A stretch of DNA of 64,000 nt from positions 160,001 through 224,000 of the forward strand of contig CBDCJV010000002.1 in assembly GCA_965217895.1 (NCBI GenBank). The letters run 5' to 3'. This DNA comes from Waterburya sp. (GTDB taxonomy: Bacteria > Cyanobacteriota > Cyanobacteriia > Cyanobacteriales > Xenococcaceae). Each line of letters opens with the position of its first letter. Within the stretch, counting starts at the first letter, position 1. The notes under the pieces are model-generated. The model saw only the letters and a list, made by a program, of their open reading frames with translations. It was not told where the DNA came from and searched no databases. Below are positions 40,913 through 50,913 of the stretch, piece by piece. The translations under genes were made by a program, and so were the position numbers.

Positions 40913-42574
40913 CTAAAAAGAAAAAACCGTTCGTAGAGTCCCAGAGACAATTGTGCCATTACTATCCTGGTTGGCAGCATTAGTAATTACTTGAACTAAA
41001 GGTGTGATGCGAATATTGTCATTGACGGGAAAATTGTAGAATGCCTCAATGTTAGTTTGAGTAGCGTTACCAATCTTATCAGCAATAAAAGGTTGACCGA
41101 CAGCAACACCACTAATCGCACCAGACATAAACAAATCAGGAAAAGCGATTCCCACTATCCAGTAACTTGGATTAATATCCCCAAAGTCTGTATTGTTATA
41201 GCTGCCATAGCCGTAACGTCCAAAAACAGCAATTCGCTCTGAAATTGCCCACTCAAAGTTAGCTCCCACAACATCAAAGCGATCGCCCAATATTTCTCCG
41301 CCAGTGTACTGAAAACGCATGGTAAAATTATTAACAGGAGTGAATTCTACTTCAACTGCACCCTGATAGGGGTCGCCAAATAGCCCACCCTCGCTTTCAC
41401 CGTCGGGATAAAGAATATACCCGATGGGAAAAATACCAGGAACAAAAGACGAATTATCTGAGTTCGGTTCATTTGCCAATGCAGCTACATAAGCAGCTTT
41501 TACTCTAATACTTTCAACTGGATTCCAATCAATTACAGCACCCGCACCTAAACCTTGAATGGGAAAAAGAATGTAATTCTGTGATAATGACAGGGTGGAA
41601 AAGTTCAAAAAGCTAGGATTAATATAACTATTAGTATCTACATAATCAGTCAAACTAAGAGTAGAACCAAAGGTTAAATTAAGCTTATCAGACGGAGAAA
41701 AAGTATAGTAAAGACGAGAGATACCAAACTCTTCTACAGGTGGTTTTGCCGAGTAGTCTAGAACACTACCGAAAGTGGGTTCTAGAAAACCACCTGTATT
41801 ATCATCAATTCCATCGCTACCAATTTCTAGCCAGGTTACTAAAGAATCAGTACCATTAAAACTCGTATTGAGTTCCAAAGTAGTTCGATAAATTAGGGTG
41901 GCATTAGGATCGTCTGTGGTAATTTCTTCACCCGTTACATCAATAATGCGATCGCCCTCAAAGCCCCCTGCTGTTGCCCCTAAAACAACTAATGTTGTCA
42001 GTTTAGTAGTAGTAGAAAATTGATGGCGAGGCACGCTGCTTCGCAAGCAGCTTGTGCAATCGCCATGTTGATTTTCTTCTAAAAAAGCAGTTCGTTTTTC
42101 TAATTTGTCAACACGACTTTCTAAAGTAACTAGCTCGGCTTCAAATTCTTGTCTCAATCTTTGTAAGGTAGCTAAATCGTTACTAGATATTGATGTTTTC
42201 TCTTGAGCTATTAATTGCTCAACTTGTTTAAGCACCTTGTTTAAAGCTACTGCAAATTCATAGCGAGTTAGAGAGCGATCGCCTTTGAATGTATTATCTG
42301 GGTAGCCCGTGATTATACCGTAACGCTTAATTAAAAGCTGAAGTGCTTCATAAGCCCAGTCTGTTGGCTGAACATCTGAAAGTTTGCTCACAGGTGTAAC
42401 TTGCCCGACTAAAGCAGATACAGGCTCTTGAGAAATAACCTCTGGAACAGCTTGAGCAGGATAACTCTGAGTAATTAAAACTAGAAAGCTTAAACTATTA
42501 ACAAAATACAAATTGCAGAAAGAACACTGTAATTTCATTTGACTTAGACAGAGTTCGCTAATAAATGTTTTCAA
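40913..42574 (-). CDS. SLH-domain / OprB-type cyanobacterial porin (iron-uptake porin family)
   Basis: SDVQPTDWAYEAL, TRYEFA, QFSTTTKL, C-terminal TLRTVFSF; carries a 16-aa in-frame insert. Confidence 0.9.
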   Translation of the reverse strand: MKTFISELCLSQMKLQCSFCNLYFVNSLSFLVLITQSYPAQAVPEVISQEPVSALVGQVTPVSKLSDVQPTDWAYEALQLLIKRYGIITGYPDNTFKGDRSLTRYEFAVALNKVLKQVEQLIAQEKTSISSNDLATLQRLRQEFEAELVTLESRVDKLEKRTAFLEENQHGDCTSCLRSSVPRHQFSTTTKLTTLVVLGATAGGFEGDRIIDVTGEEITTDDPNATLIYRTTLELNTSFNGTDSLVTWLEIGSDGIDDNTGGFLEPTFGSVLDYSAKPPVEEFGISRLYYTFSPSDKLNLTFGSTLSLTDYVDTNSYINPSFLNFSTLSLSQNYILFPIQGLGAGAVIDWNPVESIRVKAAYVAALANEPNSDNSSFVPGIFPIGYILYPDGESEGGLFGDPYQGAVEVEFTPVNNFTMRFQYTGGEILGDRFDVVGANFEWAISERIAVFGRYGYGSYNNTDFGDINPSYWIVGIAFPDLFMSGAISGVAVGQPFIADKIGNATQTNIEAFYNFPVNDNIRITPLVQVITNAANQDSNGTIVSGTLRTVFSF

Positions 42575-42590
42575 TTATTTCTGTAATGAA

Positions 42591-43754
42591 TTAATGCCTT
42601 GATTTGATGAGAAAGGCAGAAAAAGCGATGAGCGATAGTAAAAGTCCGACAGTACAAACCCCACTCCATTGCCAGACTTTCCAGCCATAAGCACCGAGAA
42701 AAGAGCCGACTGCACCGCCGACAAAATAAAATGTGATAAATAGTGCATTCAAACGGCTGTGTTTCTCTTCGGGTAACTTGTAGAGCAATGCTTGATTAGA
42801 CACCGTTGTTACCTGAACTCCCAAATCCAATAAGATTACCCCAACAATTAGTCCCCATAAGTGATATCCAAACAACCAAAACACCAAAAAAGATACAGTT
42901 GTTGTAATCAAGCCCAATGCTATAGCGAGTCTGGGATTTCTGCGGTCGGCAAGTTTGCCAGCTAGCGGTGCTGCTGCTGCTCCTACTACTCCAATTAAAC
43001 CGAATAGCCCCGCTACCTCACTGCCATATTGGTAAGGTGGCTGCTCTAAGAGAAATATCAAAGTACTCCAAAAGACGCTAAATGCTCCAAAAGCCATCGC
43101 TCCTGCAATCGAGGCTTCTTGTAATACGGGTTCTCGCAGCAATTTCAACATGGAGCGAATTAATTGCTGGTAATTCAAGATGACCGCTGGCTGACTTTTG
43201 GGCAGAATTTTCAACACGGCGATCGCCAAGACTAGCATAACTCCACTAGCAATCCAATATATTGCCCGCCAGCCCAACTCTACACCTACAAAACCACTTA
43301 CGGTACGAGATAGAAGAATGCCAATAAGCAGTCCACTCATTACAGTACCTACTACCTTACCTCGGACGGATGGAGGAGCTAGCACAGCAGCAAAAGGAAC
43401 GGCGATTTGAGGTACGATTGTGGTTATTCCAATAATAAAGCTGGCAATTACTAACCAGGAGATCGTTGGAGAAACGGCTGCGGTAGCTAACGCTAGCGAA
43501 GTTCCAATTAACATGGTGACAATCAACCGCCTTCGCTCTAGAAGATCGCCAAGAGGGACGATTAAAAAGTTTCCTAGCGCATAACCAATTTGACCTAATG
43601 TTGGAATTAATCCTGTGTCTTGGGCGGAGGCATTAAGGCTTTTAGCGATCGCTGCGAGTAGAGGCTGATTGTAATATAAATTGGCAGCAGTAGCCCCGCT
43701 AGTAATTGCCATCAACCAGACAATTTTGCGATCTATAACAATGTTGCGATTCAT
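42591..43754 (-). CDS. MFS transporter
   Basis: ANLYYNQPLL, PLGDLLERRRL, about 12 hydrophobic segments. Confidence 0.9.
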   Translation of the reverse strand: MNRNIVIDRKIVWLMAITSGATAANLYYNQPLLAAIAKSLNASAQDTGLIPTLGQIGYALGNFLIVPLGDLLERRRLIVTMLIGTSLALATAAVSPTISWLVIASFIIGITTIVPQIAVPFAAVLAPPSVRGKVVGTVMSGLLIGILLSRTVSGFVGVELGWRAIYWIASGVMLVLAIAVLKILPKSQPAVILNYQQLIRSMLKLLREPVLQEASIAGAMAFGAFSVFWSTLIFLLEQPPYQYGSEVAGLFGLIGVVGAAAAPLAGKLADRRNPRLAIALGLITTTVSFLVFWLFGYHLWGLIVGVILLDLGVQVTTVSNQALLYKLPEEKHSRLNALFITFYFVGGAVGSFLGAYGWKVWQWSGVCTVGLLLSLIAFSAFLIKSRH

Positions 43755-43840
43755 AATAATTGGATTGGAAGCATAAAGGTTGAATCATTACAGGTAATGT
43801 AAAACTCAGCCGAAGCCTGCAAAGTTGAGGTGCAAAAGTA

Positions 43841-44485
43841 TTAACCTTTTCTATCAGTCTTGCTGTAGCTAGGCTGCCAAGTTTCTATAACTTGCAGTAT
43901 CGCTTTACGAGCTTGGGCTAGAGACTTTTGACGGGCTGACTCTCCCATCGCTAGATTCTCTGCATGGATAAAAGTAATATTTGTAACGCCAATAAGTTCA
44001 AAAATAGCCCTCAAGTATGGTTCTTGAAAATCAAGGGGGCTACCTTCGTAGCTACCGCCTCTAGTTGTAATTACTAAGATTTTTTTAGAGTCTTTAACTA
44101 AACCTTGATAGCTATTGGATGTTACGGCAAAGGTGCGTCCTACCCTAATAATCTGATCGATGTAAGCTTTGAAGTTAGCAGGAATACTGTAGTTATACAT
44201 GGGAATACCAAACACGCAGACTCGTGCAGCTAAAAACTCATCAATTAATTTGTCAGAAATTTCTATTGCCGACTTCAATTCTGGTGTTAGTTGTTCGGCA
44301 GAATTAAATGCTGCTGCAATCCATAATTCATCGACAAAAGGAACGGGATTATGTCCCAAATCACGATAAGTAATTTTGTCTTCAGGATAGGTTTCCTGCC
44401 AAATACGATTGAACTCATTAGTCAAGGCACGAGATAGAGAGCGATCGCCTCTTGGACTAGAATCAAGATGAAGTATGCAAGTCAT
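43841..44485 (-). CDS. azoR: FMN-dependent NADH-azoreductase
   Basis: LDSSPRG, PMYNYSIPANFKAYID, TRGGSY. Confidence 0.88.
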   Translation of the reverse strand: MTCILHLDSSPRGDRSLSRALTNEFNRIWQETYPEDKITYRDLGHNPVPFVDELWIAAAFNSAEQLTPELKSAIEISDKLIDEFLAARVCVFGIPMYNYSIPANFKAYIDQIIRVGRTFAVTSNSYQGLVKDSKKILVITTRGGSYEGSPLDFQEPYLRAIFELIGVTNITFIHAENLAMGESARQKSLAQARKAILQVIETWQPSYSKTDRKG

Positions 44486-44601
44486 TGATTAATGTGTCTT
44501 ATCGACTTTATAAAAATTTGTCTTTATAAAATCAATTATTATGAGTTTGAATCAATGCTGTCTTGCACAATCTCTCAATTTTCAGCACATTCTTATAGAA
44601 C

Positions 44602-45510
44602 TTATTGAAGTAGGCGAAACTGTTTGGGAGTTACACCAACTAACCGTTTAAAATGACGGCTGAGATGGCTTTGATGAGAAAACCCAAGTCTCAAGGCAAT
44701 GTCTGCGATCGTCAGATCGTTTTCTAGTAGTAATTGCTTGGCACGCTCTATGCGACACTGAATCACATACTGATGGGGTGGAATTCCAACTGCTTGTTTA
44801 AATAAAATAGAAAAATAGCTTGGACTTATCTGTACCAGTGTTGCTAATTCAGCTAAAGCTAAGTCTCGATCAAGATGCTGATAAATGTAGTCAATTACTT
44901 GTTGTAACTTCCGCTTTGACAAAGGATTTAAATCGTTTTGAGAACGGTGCTTTTGGTTTGAATAGTGCCGTACCAAGTGAGTCATTAAAACAGCAATTAG
45001 TGAATCGATGTAAAGACGGCTACCAAAGCCACTAGATTGCAGTTCCGATTTAAGTGCTAACCCGACACTGTGAATCAATGGGTCAGACTTACTAAAACAG
45101 GGGATAAATTCAATATCAGCTACATCAACCAGATCAAAACTTTGACGAGCCAATATACTAGGCTCAAAACTTAGAGTAATAAATTGATACTTTCTGTCCC
45201 AATACGCAGAGTTAAGTACATCATTTGGTACGAAAGTGATACTTGCATTGCCAAGCTGACTATTGTGCAAACGATGCTCGATCATTTCCTCAATTATTAA
45301 AGACGAAGGACTATGATCGTGAATAATAAGGCGATGCTGCTTGGAATAATTGCTAGAAAGTTTATGAGGAGGATGACAATGATAATGTAGCTGAATTCCA
45401 TTCCATCCTATTGGCTGGCTAGAGAGCAGAGGTAACTGCGGATAAAGCTGAAGAACATCATCCTCTTCAGCAAAATCGACTATTAAAGTTTTCTTTTCTA
45501 GCATCGCCAC
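44602..45510 (-). CDS. AraC family transcriptional regulator
   Basis: C-terminal double HTH: LAELA...SPSYF...IERAKQLL...GFSHQSHLSRHFKRLVGVTP. Confidence 0.92.
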   Translation of the reverse strand: MAMLEKKTLIVDFAEEDDVLQLYPQLPLLSSQPIGWNGIQLHYHCHPPHKLSSNYSKQHRLIIHDHSPSSLIIEEMIEHRLHNSQLGNASITFVPNDVLNSAYWDRKYQFITLSFEPSILARQSFDLVDVADIEFIPCFSKSDPLIHSVGLALKSELQSSGFGSRLYIDSLIAVLMTHLVRHYSNQKHRSQNDLNPLSKRKLQQVIDYIYQHLDRDLALAELATLVQISPSYFSILFKQAVGIPPHQYVIQCRIERAKQLLLENDLTIADIALRLGFSHQSHLSRHFKRLVGVTPKQFRLLQ

Positions 45511-45582
45511 AATTTCTCTGAGAATATTTTTAGATAGTATAGTATGCAGCTATTTTAGATTTTATAAGTATTATCAATCGAG

Positions 45583-46151
45583 TCAATGCTTATCGGCATG
45601 AATTCCGATATTAATAAGTAAAATATTGCTAATGGTCAAAATTGCCCAAAACCCAAACAGGGTATTAATCGTACCCAGATTTTCAGATAAAAAGCCGATC
45701 GCCACTACGGGTAAACCATAGCCAAGATAAGCACAGACAAAATAACCCGATGTCACTCTCGCCGACTGCGAACCGCCTACTTTTACTACTTGAGCCAATC
45801 CACCCAAATAAGTAAATCCATAACAAGCCGTTCCTGCGATCGCCACTCCTGCTATTACTAAAGCCAAAACATTAAGCCACGCCCCACAGGTAAAGCTAAG
45901 ATAGCCAATAACCAGTAAAACAGAGCCTAGTTTTAGCGATCGCCTCTCCTCTAACTTACGAGCAAAGGATTGAAGCAAAACCCCAGAAATCACAAAGATA
46001 AACAACATCACACCCGACCAATTGGGCAAACCGTATTGTTGTAACTGTTGTGGCAGAATGATGCCGACAATTCTCGCTAAAGACCAAGCTAAGGCGATCG
46101 CTAATTCCACCTAGTAGAATCAAAGTTGGTAATAAACCTGCGATATAGGTA
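45583..46151 (-). pseudogene. MFS transporter remnant (IS-truncated, internally deleted)
   Basis: TYIAGLLPTLILLGGISDR fused out of frame at a HIP1 site to the C-terminal half AIALAWSL... Confidence 0.75.
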
Positions 46152-47232
46152 ACCTGAGTTCGGGTTAAGCAGATTGAGGCAAAAGCCAATCAAGGCGGAG
46201 ACTAGGCTTTTTAGGTTGATGACAATAAGCGATTAATCCACAAAGAACATTAACGCAAAAATTTACTGGCGATGCCTTCGGCTAGCTTCGCAATCGATGG
46301 CGAGAATGTTTGATTTGAGAAATATTTTTGAGTTGGTCATTAATTGTCTCAATAATTGATCGGTGGCGGGATAGAAGTTTGTCATGAAGTCGCATTAATT
46401 TATTCTTCATATTACGTCTGGGTTTAGCAAAAAACTGAATCCCAAACTCTTCGAGCAATTGATTAGCAAGCTTTTGGGAGACATAGCCTCTGTCTGCAAA
46501 AAATTTACCAAAAAGACCTTGAAGCAAGTCAGGAATAGGACGACGATCATCAAAGTTTCCAGGAGTAAGTTGAGCATTTAACAGTTGACCGATCTCGTTG
46601 ACTACTAAGTGGAGCTTAAAACCATCTTGGTGCGCGTTCCCATGCTGGGGAAACCCCAGCGGGGTCGCACCGCAAAACCAATCAACCGAAGTTTTACCTC
46701 TTTGAGCTAAACCATCAAAAACTTTGTGGCGTTTAATTCGGCGATTGTGACGGTGGGGTATGCTGGGGTTTCCCCAGCTTATACAACCACCGTGTTGACA
46801 AACTTTGAGACTAGTAGCATCAACAAAACCAATCCCTGTACAGTTTCCAAAACAACGTTTGAGGTAGACACACAACGGAATTAAAGTTGAAGGAGTCCAT
46901 TCCACAAATCTTTGATAGCTAGGAAGTCCTGGAAAAGCCAAATGCCAATGCTGTTTTACATAGTCAAGATAAAAGTGTTTAAAATTGCGATAGTGATTTT
47001 GATGAAACGCAATTAAAATCGTCATTATTTCACTCAAACAGAGGTTTTTCGCTCTGCGTCTTTTTATTCCGCCATGACTTAGCAACTTCTTTTGCCATTC
47101 AGGTTCAAAAACAAGACAAAAATCGTCTACATCACAAAATAAAGCATCTAAACTAAACATAGGGCAGGTTTACTGAAGAAAGTTGTTATTTTCAGCTTAC
47201 TACCTGTCCTTTTTCTTATCCCGAACTCAGGT
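46152..47232 (-). mobile_element. IS982-family element, copy 3
   Basis: Same 1081-bp length as copy 2; ORF translations differ only at QIEH/QIKH. Confidence 0.95.
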
Positions 47233-47377
47233 TAAGTAATAAAATAAGATGAGGTCTAAAAGGTTGGGTTTTTTCTACCGTCAGAAAGGTGCAAAGATCC
47301 AAAGCTTAATTCTAAGATGAGATTATCCACAGCTTGAATTTTAATTCAAGTCAACAAAGAATGAGGGATAATTAATT

Positions 47378-48160
47378 ATGTCTGAATCAAATGAATCTAA
47401 AAAAGAAAGAATTATTGCCGATCTGCAACAGGCAAAACAAACAGGAGAATTAAAAACCGATAAAATTCGCGAGATTGTTAAAAATGCGATCGCTCAAACT
47501 ATTACCGAATATAAAGAAGGTAAAAGCGAAGTTGCTAACCTAATTGAAGATGCGATCGCTGCGGTTACAGAGACTTTTAAAGAAAAAAGCGGCGAGATAA
47601 AAGAAGAGGTAACTGCTTCTATTCAGGGAGCAATAGACGGTATTAGTGAAGCCAGAAAACAAAAAATTACCCAAACCCAATCAGAAATTACTACCCTAGA
47701 AGCAAAAGTAGTAGCCGAAGAACAAGAGCTACAGAATGATATTGATAACGCTCTGGCAAAAGTAAAAACCAAAAGCGAAACCGAACCAGATAAGCTTAAA
47801 GTTGCGATCTCCGAAGCTATTACTGGAATTAGTAATAGTGAAGAATTTGCCATTTTACAAAAACACTATGCTCGCTTGAAGGCACAAACTTCTGTATTGC
47901 AGGCAAACTTAGCTAACCGTTATGGAGAACAGTACGAAGAGGTAAACAAGCATTTAGAAGAAGCTAAAACTTGGTACGAAAAAGCCAAAGAAGATCCAGA
48001 GGTATTTACTGAGCCAGCTAAACGTAAAAGAGCCGAATTTGAGCAAAAATTAGGTGCAACTGGCGGTGCAGTAGCACGGAAGGAAAAAGAAGTTAAAGGG
48101 TTACTCAAAGAACTCTGGAAAGAAGTCAGAGAAATATTTCAAGAAAAAACAGCAAAATAA
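47378..48160 (+). CDS. Coiled-coil hypothetical protein
   Basis: 260-aa E/K/A-rich ORF. Confidence 0.7.
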   Translation: MSESNESKKERIIADLQQAKQTGELKTDKIREIVKNAIAQTITEYKEGKSEVANLIEDAIAAVTETFKEKSGEIKEEVTASIQGAIDGISEARKQKITQTQSEITTLEAKVVAEEQELQNDIDNALAKVKTKSETEPDKLKVAISEAITGISNSEEFAILQKHYARLKAQTSVLQANLANRYGEQYEEVNKHLEEAKTWYEKAKEDPEVFTEPAKRKRAEFEQKLGATGGAVARKEKEVKGLLKELWKEVREIFQEKTAK

Positions 48161-48204
48161 GTTTGCCCAGCCAAACCGTTAAATAGAATCCCAATATTGT
48201 AAAG

Positions 48205-48714
48205 TCAGTCTCTTGGTATAATCTCAAACTCCTGTAGTGCGGGAACAAAGTTTTGATTTTCGTGGCTAGGGCGACTAAGCTTAATCAAAGCAAAACGTTG
48301 TTCGGGTGATAAGTTTGACCATTGTTTTAGGGAAATATCAGCCTGACATTCTTGAGCTTTGATTTGGACACTATTGGGAACAGATTGAGCATCTAACCAA
48401 GGAGGTTCAGGATCTATAGTTAATTCCTTGGCTGGTTGTCCAGTTTTAACGGTGACCAAGTTTTGCAAATATTGTCTGTAAGCTTCAGTTTCTAATACGC
48501 TAAGGCAGGGCATATTTACCAATGTCTCGCGTTCTGAATGACTAAAATGATTCCAATCTACCAGTTTTAGCTTTATACCACAGTTATCTAGCTTCATTCT
48601 GACCTGCATCGGAATACATTGCAGTGAACCAACAAAATCTGCTTCAAATTGAAAATAGTTTGAATTTGTGCTTTCTCCATTTGAGAAGTGTGGTGTAATT
48701 TTTGAATTGTCCAT
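48205..48714 (-). CDS. narM: Nitrate reductase associated protein (NarM-like)
   Basis: FQFEADFVGSLQCIPMQVRMKLD, QRFALIKLSRPSHEN. Confidence 0.8.
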   Translation of the reverse strand: MDNSKITPHFSNGESTNSNYFQFEADFVGSLQCIPMQVRMKLDNCGIKLKLVDWNHFSHSERETLVNMPCLSVLETEAYRQYLQNLVTVKTGQPAKELTIDPEPPWLDAQSVPNSVQIKAQECQADISLKQWSNLSPEQRFALIKLSRPSHENQNFVPALQEFEIIPRD

Positions 48715-49022
48715 TGGTTTATATTGATTGCTATTGAATAGTTGGAAATTGACTATCTCACAAAGTAGAAAGTAATTAAGCGTATATCTAATCTAATATT
48801 TATTGCTTTAAGATTATTATGTTTACAGTCAGAGATTACTCCGCCATAAAACGACAGAGCAATCTCTGAGCGTCGATCAATATTGAATTTATACTTTTAA
48901 TCATATTAATTTAAAGAACTGAGATTGTATCAACGTAACTCGTAGTTTAGAAAAAGACGTGGTTAAGTATGATTTTAATAATGATGACTGTAAAATAACG
49001 ATAGAAAAAAAGCCTTTAGCAA

Positions 49023-49439
49023 ATGTCTAAGCCTACTCAAGCTCATCTTGAACGTACCGTAAATAAAAACGATCCTTTAGAAGTTAGGCAAAAAACCTTA
49101 AGCCAGATGCAGTACTATATGGGAGCAAAACTGGTTGAGGTTAGAGTAAATCCTCAAGCCGTTATGTATCGTTGGTCAATTGAAAATCGAGATGATCGAC
49201 AAATTTGCACTCTCAGTGCCTTTTGGGGTGACTCTAAACAAAAAATACTTTCTGGAGAAGAGCCTCTTCAAGGACAAGAGCTAACCAATTGTGCTAGGGC
49301 TAATGCTTCTAGTGGCGCAGAAATGGCAGCTATGGTTTGCGGTTTTGGTTCAGATATTGAACACTTTAAGTCTACATTAGAGGAAACGGTTCAAAAGCTA
49401 GAATTGTCTCCTGAATCCTTTAACAAGCTTTTAAGTTAA
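49023..49439 (+). CDS. Hypothetical protein
   Basis: 138-aa ORF, protein-like composition. Confidence 0.7.
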   Translation: MSKPTQAHLERTVNKNDPLEVRQKTLSQMQYYMGAKLVEVRVNPQAVMYRWSIENRDDRQICTLSAFWGDSKQKILSGEEPLQGQELTNCARANASSGAEMAAMVCGFGSDIEHFKSTLEETVQKLELSPESFNKLLS

Positions 49440-49544
49440 CAACCTAGCTGCCTGACACAAGTATCTCAAAAGTTTTCAGTGTATAGGTTTTATTTCTTGT
49501 ACCCCGAAGGTTGTTTTTATATTTGGAGGAAATCAACTTCATAT

Positions 49545-50282
49545 TCATTTAAATTCAATTTTTTCTATTTGGGATGAGTTTATTTTGGCAACCGCAGCTT
49601 CTGCTGCTTTTTTTTCAGCTTCTTGTTTGCGATGACCAACTCCTATACCAAAAACCCGATCTAAAACTAATACTTGCGCTGTAAATTGTTTAGCATGATC
49701 TGGACCTGATTCTGCAATAATTTTATAGATTGGTTTTGCCTGATAATGAGCTAATGTCCACTGTTGAAAACGATTTTTGCTATCGATAAATGTCTCTTGG
49801 GGTTGTGTCACATTGCCTGGTGTGTTTAAGTCTGAGGTTGATGAATCATTGACTAGCTTTTCTACCAGCGGTTTAAAAATATTGATAATATATAGGCGGA
49901 CTGGTTCAATTCCTGCATCCAGAAAATAGGCACCCAAAGTAGCCTCGAAGGTGTTGTTGAGTAAGGAAGGATTGTTTCTCCCACCGCCTTTTGCTGCACC
50001 TTTGCCCAAGCGCATTAGCTCTCCAAGACCAAATTCTGCACCTAGCTTACCTAGCTGTTTTTCGTCTACCAAGCGCGATCGCAGGTGAGTTAATTGAGCT
50101 TCATTGATGCTAGGATACATCTCATACAACATTTGGGCGATAACAAAACCCAGAATAGCATCTCCCAAAAATTCTAAACGTTCATTATCTGCTTGTAATG
50201 AATGTTCATTTGCATAAGAGCGGTGGGTCAATGCTAAATTGAGCAGTGCAGGATTTTTAAATTGCGGTAGTTTTCCCTTCAT
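49545..50282 (-). CDS. rnc: Ribonuclease III
   Basis: ALTHRSY, NERLEFLGDAILG, dsRBD SGPDHAKQF...KQEAEKKAA. Confidence 0.95.
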   Translation of the reverse strand: MKGKLPQFKNPALLNLALTHRSYANEHSLQADNERLEFLGDAILGFVIAQMLYEMYPSINEAQLTHLRSRLVDEKQLGKLGAEFGLGELMRLGKGAAKGGGRNNPSLLNNTFEATLGAYFLDAGIEPVRLYIINIFKPLVEKLVNDSSTSDLNTPGNVTQPQETFIDSKNRFQQWTLAHYQAKPIYKIIAESGPDHAKQFTAQVLVLDRVFGIGVGHRKQEAEKKAAEAAVAKINSSQIEKIEFK

Positions 50283-50499
50283 TTTTTACCCAGTTTTACT
50301 TTTATCGCCGTCAAAGCAAAGGTTAAGATTCTAAACAATTATTTCGCACAGAGACGCAAAGAAATTTAAGAAATGTCCTAATCTAGAATGCGATTGCTAT
50401 AACTATAATTAAATTACGATCCTGGCAACTTAGAGCGATCGCATCTGCTTTAGTTTTAGCAGTAACAATTAAATCAGTCAGCAATTATTAATCAATTTT

Positions 50500-50667
50500 A
50501 TGTTACTCGCGGTTATTCTCGGTGTGCTTTTAATCGCCAACTGGTTTATAACTAACGCTTTAGTGTTGTTCCCTATTAATCTAATGTTTCGCTTTGCTTC
50601 TTTTGGCTGCTGGGGACTAGTTTTATTAACTGTATTATTCTTTGTTTGGTGTATCGGTGAAGATTAA
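50500..50667 (+). CDS. Small two-TM membrane protein (55 aa, below ORF-track cutoff)
   Basis: MLLAVILGVLLIANWF...LVLLTVLFFVWCIGED*. Confidence 0.55.
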   Translation: MLLAVILGVLLIANWFITNALVLFPINLMFRFASFGCWGLVLLTVLFFVWCIGED

Positions 50668-50913
50668 CTTATTAGTAGTTAAATTGAAAATTTACTCTCA
50701 GTTTTGACAGCGATAAAGCTCGTATTTATCTTGATAGATCGATAAACCGATTTAAAGGAACATTATACGTCTGATGTGAATTAAAAGACCGAGAAATGCC
50801 TTCAAAACAAGTAACCAAAACTGAAATAGATTAACATTCTGAGGAAAAGAAAAGGCTAATCTTGCTGAATCTGCGTCTAGAGCGATCGCCTAGCTTAAAC
50901 TATTAGATAGGAT

